A DNA stretch of 64,000 nt, taken from positions 62,436,001-62,500,000 of the forward strand of contig CM052817.1 of assembly GCA_028534125.1 (NCBI GenBank). The letters are read 5' to 3'. How positions within the stretch are numbered: position 1 is the stretch's first letter; every line of letters begins with the position of its first letter. The position numbers and the translations under genes were made by a program. Positions 12,001 through 21,310 of this stretch are shown one piece after another. The notes under the pieces were generated by a model. That model saw only the letters and a list, made by a program, of their open reading frames with translations, was not told where the DNA came from and ran no database searches. The DNA comes from Lama glama (Eukaryota).

Positions 12001-13083
12001 AATAGTCTAAACAGAGCAGGATCCCTGTTTGTGGTTGGCTTATTGGGATACAAAATCACCTTTCTAGTAAAAAGCACAAAAGAGAAAAATGATATGTGAT
12101 CTTTGTAACACTAGGCCTAAGACTTCTTTTGTCCTATCATTGAACCAGCTGCTTAAGTAAACTCTATTGTTCTCTTTCAGTGCAAATTGTATATTGTTCA
12201 GTGGGTCACTGTATAAGAAGTTACATGTTTACTATATAAGGAAATATTATTAGAACCTGCCTCTTGATTTCCCAGACTAAGACTGGTTCAATTTACTTTG
12301 ACATAAAAGCAAAAAACAAAGTCATCTGAATCTTGATTATTTTCTAAGGAAACCTGTTGAAGACATTATAGACCACCTTCCCACCCCTCAAAAAAGAAAA
12401 AAAAAAGAAAAATTAGAAAATAGGGGAAACTGAAGAGGATTCAGAATTACAATAAAGGGTAAGGAAAGGTGCCATACCAAAACTCCTTAGTTGTTACTTC
12501 AATCTGCATTTCAGCACTTCCTCCAATTTTCCCATACCAGGCAAAGCTTGTTATTGGGTTTATACTGTTATTCTTAGGTTGGGGTTTGTGTACCATCAGT
12601 TGCCCTCCTCGCCTCCCCCACCCCCCATCAGATGAGAGATGGTAGAAGCCATGGGATAAACGTAGCATAGTCTTCTGGTGCACCAACTTTTCTTTTAAGA
12701 GTGTATTTTTTTTTTTGAGTAAACTACAAATCATTTACATCTTTATTTTTACATTAAAATAAATATGGTATATTGTGGAGTAGGATAAAATACACATATT
12801 TTAAAGATTAAAAAAGAAAGATTTTAAAGAAATATTAGTAAGATTATCTTCGGCTTAATCTAATCAAGCTCTTGTGCGCCTTAGTTTCTGATTTGTTCTC
12901 CTCCATTGATACATTTGAGAAGCACTGCTATAGCGTTTAGCAGGTAAAAGGGACTCGGGTTATCGTGTTTCAGCAATGATAATGGCGTTAATTAGGAACA
13001 GGCTGTAGTTCAGCCAAGTCTTCCAGGAAAAGAAACGACCTTAATCCTTAATTTTACAGTTGGAAGGCTGTGTAAAAATCAGT

Positions 13084-13320
13084 CGATCCAGGCTGTGGCC
13101 GGTGGCCCCGCAGGGCATGACGTGGCCTCTGCCGGCAGCGCGCACCATCGTGGCGCCGCGCACGCGCACGTTCGGCGGGGAAAGGGGCCCTGCGGGAGAC
13201 GCGGGCAGTAACCGCCCTGGCTGTTGAAGACTCACAGCAGCCGTGCGCCCGCCGCGCTCAATGAGGAAGATGCTGGCCGCTGCTGTCTCTCGCATGCTGT
13301 CTGACATCACCCCGAAGCCT
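13084..13320 (+). promoter_or_regulatory. CpG island / TATA-less PDHA2 promoter and 5'UTR
   Basis: Only CpG-dense GC-rich stretch in the window, directly upstream of the ATG; contains TGACGTGG (ATF/CREB-type, 13118-13125) and CGCGCACGCGCA (NRF1 consensus, 13157-13168). Confidence 0.85.
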
Positions 13321-14439
13321 GCTACTAGCAGAGTGCTGGTAGCATCCTGTGACTATTCAAATGATGCTACATTTGAAATTAAGAAATGTGATCTTTATCG
13401 GTTGGAAGACGGTCCCCCCGTCACTGCAATGCTCACCCGGGAGGATGGACTCAAATACTACAGGATGATGCAGACTATTCGCCGAATGGAATTGAAGGCA
13501 GATCAGTTGTATAAACAGAAATTTATTCGTGGTTTCTGTCACTTGTGTGATGGTCAGGAAGCTTGCTATGTGGGTCTTGAGGCCGGGATAAATCCCAGCG
13601 ATCACATCATCACATCCTATCGGGCTCACGGTTTCTGCTACACTCGTGGACTTTCTGTACGATCAATTCTTGCAGAGCTGACAGGACGAAGAAGTGGTTG
13701 TGCTAAAGGAAAAGGAGGGTCAATGCATATGTATACCAAGAACTTCTATGGGGGCAATGGCATTGTGGGTGCTCAGGTACCCCTGGGAGCTGGTATTGCT
13801 CTGGCCTGTAAATATAAAGAAAACAAGGAGGTGTGTTTAACTATATATGGGGATGGCGCTGCTAATCAGGGTCAGATATCTGAAGCTTACAACATGGCAG
13901 CTTTGTGGAATTTACCTTGTATTTTCATCTGTGAGAATAACCGCTATGGAATGGGAACATCTGTTGAGAGAGCAGCAGCCAGCACTGAATACTACAAGAG
14001 AGGCAATTTCCTCCCTGGACTCAAGGTAGATGGAATGGATGTTCTGTGTGTCCGCGAGGCAACTAAGTTTGCAGCTGACTACTGTAGATCTGGAAAGGGG
14101 CCCATACTGATGGAGCTGCAGACATACCGCTATCACGGACACAGCATGAGTGATCCTGGAGTCAGTTATCGGACACGAGAAGAAATTCAGAATGTAAGAA
14201 GTAAGAGTGATCCCATTATGCTTCTCAGAGATAAAATGGTAAACAACAAGCTTGCCAGTGTTGAAGAACTGAAGGGAATTGATGTTGAAGTGAGGCAATC
14301 AATTGATGAGGCAGCCCAGTTTGCTACAACTGATCCTGAACCATCTTTGGAAGATTTAGGCCAGCACATTTACAGCAGTAATCCACCTTTTGAAATTTGT
14401 GGTGTAAATCAGTGCATCAAGTTTAAGTCAGTCAGTTAA
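13261..14439 (+). CDS. PDHA2: Pyruvate dehydrogenase E1 alpha subunit, testis-specific form (intronless retrogene), 392 aa precursor
   Basis: Uninterrupted ORF from ATG 13261 ([11 protein letters not shown]; the track's GTG start at 13243 is unlikely). TPP motif GDGAANQGQ...ENN; phospho-loops YGMGTSVER and [15 protein letters not shown]-terminus KFKSVS. Residues I recall as PDHA2-type rather than PDHA1-type: [45 protein letters not shown]. No introns. Confidence 0.96.
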   Translation: MRKMLAAAVSRMLSDITPKPATSRVLVASCDYSNDATFEIKKCDLYRLEDGPPVTAMLTREDGLKYYRMMQTIRRMELKADQLYKQKFIRGFCHLCDGQEACYVGLEAGINPSDHIITSYRAHGFCYTRGLSVRSILAELTGRRSGCAKGKGGSMHMYTKNFYGGNGIVGAQVPLGAGIALACKYKENKEVCLTIYGDGAANQGQISEAYNMAALWNLPCIFICENNRYGMGTSVERAAASTEYYKRGNFLPGLKVDGMDVLCVREATKFAADYCRSGKGPILMELQTYRYHGHSMSDPGVSYRTREEIQNVRSKSDPIMLLRDKMVNNKLASVEELKGIDVEVRQSIDEAAQFATTDPEPSLEDLGQHIYSSNPPFEICGVNQCIKFKSVS

Positions 14440-14530
14440 AGGGAGACTTTATGTAAATGTATTTTCAGTCCTTCAAAGGGAAATTATTCATGGTTGACTT
14501 GAAGAAACTATGTGCCCAGTTTGAAGGAGG

Positions 14531-14536
14531 AATAAA
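14531..14536 (+). terminator. Candidate polyadenylation signal (AATAAA) of PDHA2
   Basis: AATAAA about 90 nt after the stop codon. Confidence 0.45.
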
Positions 14537-14674
14537 ACCATAAAACAGAAGTCTTGTAAACTTTTATTAAAAGGAATTGAGGTAATTAAGAGAATGTAGA
14601 AAGAGATTAAAAGAGATCATAGACAGATATACATTCAGTTAAAAGGGATATTACATTCAATTTTACATTAGTGC

Positions 14675-14680
14675 ATTAAA
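14675..14680 (+). terminator. Candidate polyadenylation signal (ATTAAA) of PDHA2
   Basis: Lies in TACATTAGTGCATTAAAAGAT, which I recall from the PDHA1 3'UTR (unverified). Confidence 0.45.
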
Positions 14681-14708
14681 AGATACTATACAGTTAGTCA
14701 TATAGTGT

Positions 14709-15059
14709 TGTTAAAAGATAAACAGACACATTAAAAATTTCAAGAGTTTACTTGAGCATATATCAATTAGAATCAGGCAGTCAGGCAGTGCCACACCAAG
14801 AGTGGAGCACTCCACCAGCAGGAGCTGGGGGAGTGGTTTGTAGAGAGAAGCAAAGCCAGGAAGTTATTTGATTAGTGATAGCTTAAGCAGCTGCCTTATT
14901 TGAGAAAGCCTAGTGGAGTGTTTGTGATTGGCTGTTTTTAAGTTTCATTTGCTTGGATTTGAGTGCATAGACTGGCTTAGGTTTTGGTTTGTTTATGTAG
15001 ACTGTGAAGGCATTAGAGCCTCCCTGTTCTGTTGGCCTCCTTGTTTAATTACTTCAACA
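14709..15059 (-). mobile_element. ERV1-class solo LTR (MER31/MER67-like) with 4-bp TSD
   Basis: Bounded by TGTT...AACA; GTGT duplicated at 14705-14708 and 15060-15063; minus-strand order is CCAAT box (14927-14931) then a poly(A)-like AGTAAA near 14750. Confidence 0.8.
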
Positions 15060-16055
15060 GTGTGAATATCTTAAAGATTACTTTAAATTTATACAAGTGT
15101 GAAATAGGGAAAACAGAGAAAGAATTAAACTTCCCAAGTTATTTTCTGTAATACTTCTATTTGATTTAGCTTTATATTATTTTAATAAATACTCTTATTT
15201 AAAGGAAAAATAATTCTTTGATTCCTGCTCCACCCTGCGAGAGGTTTGGGTATAAAGTCACTACCCTGAAGTAGGTGATTTCAAGCCACACCAAAGTATC
15301 AAGATCCCTATTGCTATGCCACTTACTGTAGTTTACTTGAATTAACCAATAACATGGCCTACTAAAGAGCATGCATGTGTGCAGACATATGTGTGAATAT
15401 TCAGTATTGATGCTGAAGCCAGTTAACCCTGACCATTTTACTAGTAAAATATGATTATAACAGAGCAGGGAGAGATAGGACAAAGTCATTTTTTCATGTT
15501 GTACTTTATTACAATATTTTTAGTGTATCAATTTAAAGAAAAAATGTAAACAAAGTTAAAATCTAGGTGAAAACTGCATTTTGCTTTACCCTTTAAGTTA
15601 AAGCTACTCTTATTTTACAATCCATTTGTACCATTATATGTTCCATATTTTAAAGAACTATCTTAATAAACTTCAGACTGAAAAATAAACAGGTATGGTG
15701 ACATCAAAAAAGTTCAGCAGAGGAGGTGATACTAACAAAGAATTGAAAGTAAAATCTGCCTTGGCCAGAGCTGAGCATTCACAGATAACTTTTTTCAAGG
15801 GAAAATCTAACTTGAATCATACAGATTTGGTTTTCTTTATAGGCTAATACCATGTCAGTTAACAAGTCATGACTGAAAACGTCTTTACTTGTTTGTATTT
15901 AACTAATGACCTAAAAACCTCCTCTTGAGTGTGTTGTTTGGCATAACTTACTCCTTAGAGACAGACTCACTGAAATCAGAAATCAGAATTTGCCTGTGAT
16001 TTAAGAAGTAGTTTGTAGAAAATGCCAAAAGAATTGGTTGTTAAAGGTTAAAGCC

Positions 16056-16212
16056 CATCACAAAAAAAAAAAAGTAATTGTAACTATGTATCGTGATGGA
16101 TGCTAACTAGATTTATTGTGGTTATCTTTTCATAATGTATACATATACTGAATCATTCTGTTGTACATCTGAAACTAATGTGTTATATGTCCATTATTTC
16201 TCAATTTTTAAA
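16056..16212 (+). mobile_element. L1 3' end (L1MA9-like) with 13-bp TSD
   Basis: TTGTAACTATGT...GATGGATGCTAACTAGATTTATTGTGG...TGTTGTACATCTGAAACTAAT; AAAGGTTAAAGCC at 16043-16055 and 16213-16225, preceded by TT (L1 endonuclease site). Confidence 0.85.
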
Positions 16213-17426
16213 AAAGGTTAAAGCCTTTTCTTTATAGCAGCTGCTTCTACAAATAAAAGTTTAGATACTTTTTAAGAACTCTAACAGAAAACCAAAATCT
16301 TAGAGGCCCATGAGTACATGAACATATGAACACATATGTGGAGGCTTAATCTCTATACCTTCCGTCAGACAGGTTAAACATGTGAGATAACCTCAACGTT
16401 CTACATTCAGAAAGCAGAGAAAAGCATTGATTTGTTTATAAGTCAGTGATATTACTAGCTAATGTGTTTTGATTATGCAGCTTCAGTTGAGGTACCTTGA
16501 TTGAATCCCTTCCATTAAAAACAAAATAATTCACACGATAGTCAAATAATCACATTCTTTGAATGACAAAGGGTTCTTCTATGTTTTATTTTGACATACT
16601 TATATTTCCACAAATTTGCAAGTGGAAGATAAGCTGCCCAAAGCTGTTTTCTCTAGATAATACACAGAAACCATTTAAAAAGTTTATTTATATAATGGAT
16701 TCTTTTAAAACCAGTAAAAACTAAGATACAAATAATTGATTAGAAATGTAACCATCACTAAACCAAGATGCACAAATATGTCATTTCAGGAAAAATTGCA
16801 GTCTTACTAGTAGAAGAAAAAAGTACTTTTATAACAATATACATTATCAAATTCCATTAAAGTAAAGATTTTTGAATGTTTTCTATGTTAAAAATATCTA
16901 GGCATTTGTGTTTACTTTCAGAAACTACAAACATGTCACTGATTGCACACAATTCTGTAATGATGCAAAAAAAAGTACAAAAAAACCTGTTTTCAGTTAG
17001 GTTAAGCAATAAATTAACAATAGCAATTATCAAGATGTAAATCAGAGAGGTGTAGAAATCCAACAGTTGGATTCTATTTCCTGTCTGAAGTGCAATGCCA
17101 CTTAGTCTATTTTATCCACATACTAGAAGACATAACAAACTATGATGGTCATAATAAGATTAAACTGTTTTAACAAGGCTGGAATATCTTGAGAGAAAGA
17201 AGAGTTTCTAATATCTTAATCTTTACGATAGTCTATAAAGGTAAAGGATATGTGCATATTTGTGAAATAAGATGAGAAACGATGGAGGTTAAGTATATAA
17301 AGGAAATACTTAGATCCCTAGAATTATGTTTATTTTTAAAGAGTGGTATGTCTACCAATCTAGCATACAAAAAACAGAGCAGATGTTAGTGAAATTTAAT
17401 CTGATAATTTGTGAGAAAGAGCTAGT

Positions 17427-17750
17427 TTAAAACAATGGAAATGTAAATCATATACCATAAAATCCATCGTTTTAAAAGTGTACATTTCAGTGGTTTTTGT
17501 ATGTTCACAGAATTTGCAACCATTACCGCTATCTAATTCCGGAACATTTTCATGACCCCAAAGAGAAAACCCACACCCATTATCAGTCACTCCTTTTTTC
17601 TCTTCATCCTCTGGAAAGTACAAATCTATACTTTCTGTCTCTAGATTTGTCTATTCTGGACATTTTATGTAAATCATACAATATGTGCTCTATTGTGTCT
17701 GTCTTCTTTTACTTAGCATGTTTTCGTTTGCTGTAGTTCTATATCAGTTC
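17427..17750 (-). mobile_element. L1MB-like 3' end
   Basis: ATACCATAAAATCCATCGTTTTAAAAGTGTACA...GAACATTTTCATGACCCCAAAGAGAAAACCC...CTATTCTGGACATTT. Confidence 0.8.
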
Positions 17751-17756
17751 TGTAAT

Positions 17757-18234
17757 CCTGTCATTGAAAAGTGGGATCTGTTTTCCTTCCCTTTGGATCT
17801 GGCAAGTTATTACACCAATAGCAGCAGAAATGATGCTGTACAGTGTCAGGCCAAGTTATAAGAAACAGGCAGGTTTTGCTTCATGTCTCTTGGAACATTC
17901 TCTGGGAGTTGTGATTCTCTATTTAAGAAGTTCAAATACACTGAGAGACTCCTGCTAGGGAGTGTATGGGCAGGCACTCTGGGCACCAGTCCCAGCTCAG
18001 CTCAGTATTCAGCCAGACCTACAAAGATGACAGATATGTGAGTGAAGACCATCTTGGATCCTCCAGATAGTCCTTTGTCAGCTGAAAGCCAACAGAGTCT
18101 TGAGGAACAGTGTGATCACTAGCTAGACTCCACCTAGATTCTTAATGAACAAAAGCACAAGAAAAACAAATGGTTACTTTTAAGAGTCTAATTGTTGAGA
18201 TACTTTGTTACATAGCAGCAGAGTCAGCAGAAAC
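17757..18234 (+). mobile_element. MaLR LTR (MLT1H-like)
   Basis: GCAGAAATGATGCTG, CAGATATGTGAGTGAAGACCATCTTGGA, and end TTTGTTACATAGCAGCAGA. Confidence 0.7.
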
Positions 18235-19044
18235 GAGAATTATATTGCTTAGTCCAAGCCAGGGGTGTCAGGAAAACAGGTGAATATTAGTAAACCAAGT
18301 CAGAATGAGAAAGCCCATAGGATACATCAGTGCAGAGGTTCGTAATTCAGACATAATAAAGGGGAAAAGATGAGTCTCCAATAGAAATAAGAAAGCCTAG
18401 GAACAAAATTGCAACTGTTCAGCTTATATTTTTCCACTGGTTTTCAGGCTGAACTAAAGGCTGGTTTTCAGATGAACTAAAATACCTGTAACACTGGGTT
18501 TTGAGGATTTTGGAGTAAAATATTGTCAACCGTTGGTCAGGAAACACACTTAAGTGAAATTGTACTTGTCAAGAGTCCAGAAGGAAGTTTTCTGTTGATT
18601 GGTGAGTATTAGGCCTTCATGAGTCAAAGCCAGCACTTGAAATGCCAAGTTAATATATTAGCAAGTGGTCATGAGTTTACAACTATTGGTGACTAGTCTA
18701 CCCAAGTAGTGAAGAGGAGTTCAGGTGGCTAAGGGCTCAAGATGAACAGAATTTGAAAGGAAAACCTGGGGTGAAATCAGTAACTGAGTCGAATTGGTAG
18801 GTATAAGCAAGGAGAAGATGAAACTAGAGGTCGGGAAAATGAGGTGGAAATATGTAACAAAAAGGTGCAAGGGAACTAGAGGTAGTTGCTTGGCATGTCG
18901 GTGACTTTGTGTATCATGGAAGTCAGTATCTATTGGATGAGTAGAATCAGTAGCATCTCAAGTAATGATGGGCCCTTTGAAACCTAATGCTCTCTGTCCA
19001 GTATCACTTGAAAGCAACCCTGCCTTTATGTAACATGAAAGTAA

Positions 19045-19250
19045 AGTCTGAACTTTCAGTGTCATTTACATCTGGGTTCAAATCGTGACACTATCTCCTA
19101 TGAAAAATGGTACCTTGAGAAAGAGACTTAACTCTCAGTATCTAGGCTTCATCTGTGATAAGGTTGACACTTATGACTTTTGTGAAAGTTAAAGAAGTAA
19201 AGTAACATCTAACTTAGTTTCAGGTACACCCAAGATGATCAATAAATGGA
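19045..19250 (+). mobile_element. MIR SINE
   Basis: CTGGGTTCAAATC...ACCTTGAGAAAGAGACTTAACTCTC...TCAATAAATG. Confidence 0.65.
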
Positions 19251-20336
19251 AATTTCTGGCCCATATGAAAAGAGAGCTGTTCAGTGAAAAAAAAAGAGAC
19301 AAAAATTTGAAGAGTCTACCTCATCTGAAAGAAATTTTAAAAATCTTCAATTTTGTATAGGTAGCTAGGTGTAAAGATTACTGTGGTCAGAAGAAAATGA
19401 GATCTGCATGTGGAATATATTTTTGAAATTTCAGCCGTCCTTTGTTTTCTCATGAAGCTCTGACTTTTGGCTTAAGTAATTCTCCTTCAACCAGCATTAT
19501 ATGTAGAAAATAGTAATGAAAGGCCAGCGAGTTTGGAGAATAAGACCATACAGGAGTATTGGAACTCCCCAGTTTGCACCCAAACTTTCTTCAGAATTGG
19601 GGTCTATTGATCTATTAACTATAGTGAAGCATGTAGATAATGTGTAGATAGTACTTTGGTGGAATCAGGGGTGGGGAATACAAATTTTGCCATTCTATTA
19701 TAGTATAGATGACTACAGATAAATCTAGTATTAGTGATTCCTTTAAAATTAGCCCCACTCTTCCTATTGTAGATCTCTTTTAAGGAATGCTTCCAAATAT
19801 TAATAAAAACAATGATCTGATCAGGCTCCAAACAAAATCCAACCAAAAGTTTTCATCCAATCAGTATTATAATTTTTTTCTCTTTGACTTAATTTATGTC
19901 TGTTTGATCCATGAGGCTGATGTATTTAGCAGAAAGCAAAGATGAGAGATCTCTGTGCTGGAATTTGAGAGAGAGAGAAATTTTCTGCTGAGGTTTATGC
20001 ATAGAATAGAACTCAATCAAATTAGGAAACAGTGAAGAACAACAGAGTTCATACAGTACTTGCCTTTTGACAGGCCAATAAATACTCAAACTGAGTAATT
20101 TACCAAAAGAAAAATAACCCACTCAAACCTCATGACCTTTTGAACAATGAACAGGAGTTCAATTATCCACAAATGTTCTATTAGAAGGCAGCTTTTCAGG
20201 CTGCAGTGTTATTTCAGCAGTCATACATTAGAATTATTAAAGAGGGAGAACATTGCCTATGTAGTTTCTGTGTCCTGATAAAGTTTATGTTACCTACTTT
20301 TTAAAAGCCTACTGCCACATGAAGTAGCACTTTGCC

Positions 20337-20395
20337 AAAAAAAAGAAAGAAAGAAAGAAAGAAAGAAAGAACGAACAAAGAAAAGAAAAGAAAAA
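20337..20395. repeat. A-rich (AAAG)n microsatellite
   Basis: Directly visible AAAG and AAAAG units. Confidence 0.9.
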
Positions 20396-21096
20396 CGTAA
20401 GAGGAAGCAATTATTTTAATAATGTTTCTGGTGAGTTTGAGCTATTACATTTCACTGAAACATTTTATCTGCACATTGCTGGAGTGATACTGTCACTTTA
20501 GAAAGTATATAATTTGCTTCCATTAGAGACTCACAGTAACTTGCCAGCAGTGCCCAGAGAATTTCTCCATTACCATCCATGTGCACTCTAATGCTGCAGA
20601 GTGAGCAGCTCATTACTTCTTTGGGGGTATATTTGGGTTCCAAGAACTGGGGAACTTTTTCCTTCACTGGTATCTTGTAAAGTCTTTCAGTTTCCCTTAA
20701 ACAAAAGGCTGTAGAAATCATGTGAAATAGCATATAATTTGGAACCAAAGCACCAGAGTTTACTACCAGCATGAAAGCACATTATGAACTCTGTCAGTTC
20801 CTGTGGAGGTGACATTTCTTAAAATTTAAATTTCCCTTCAAAAAATTCTTTGTCAGTCTCATATTATCTTTTGATACTCTTCTTAACCCTTTATGAATTT
20901 TCCTATATCTGTCTGAATTACTGAGATTTGAACCGAGGGCTCTACCCCCCAAAAACAAAACCTCCAAAAAACAAAAAAGCAGATTCTGACAGATTTTAAA
21001 ATAGTAGAAACACAGTTTCACTATTTTGACCTTGAATAGTTCCTTATTTATTCACTGAATTGGACTAACTGAGGAAAAAGAGCTGAATTCTTATAG

Positions 21097-21310
21097 AGAG
21101 AGCATAGTTAACTCTCAGACATATCTGAGGTCAGACCCAGCTGAGGCTGATTCCTGTCCTTTCTGGCTGTGTGATCTTGGGTGAGTTAAGTTCCTTCCTC
21201 TGTCACTCTTGACTACTATGGAGAAAAACCACACTTGCCCTGTAGTGCTGTTGTGAGGAGTGGAAATAACATCGTAAAGTCTTTGATGGGTGCCACGTAT
21301 TAAGTGCTCC
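21097..21310 (+). mobile_element. MIR SINE
   Basis: CTGGCTGTGTGATCTTGGGTGAGTTA...TGCTGTTGTGAGGA...TAAGTGCTC. Confidence 0.75.

Noticed and set aside
13243..13260. GTG-initiated N-terminal extension (MRPPRS) in the ORF track
   Set aside because: Mammalian gene; the ATG at 13261 gives the MRKMLAA start that matches E1-alpha proteins.
13041..14369. Antisense and alternative-frame ORFs overlapping PDHA2
   Set aside because: Expected shadow ORFs of a GC-richer coding region and CpG island; no recognisable homology.
13261..14439. PDHA1 processed pseudogene rather than PDHA2
   Set aside because: Full open frame, intact catalytic and phospho motifs, own CpG promoter, and many PDHA2-type residues.
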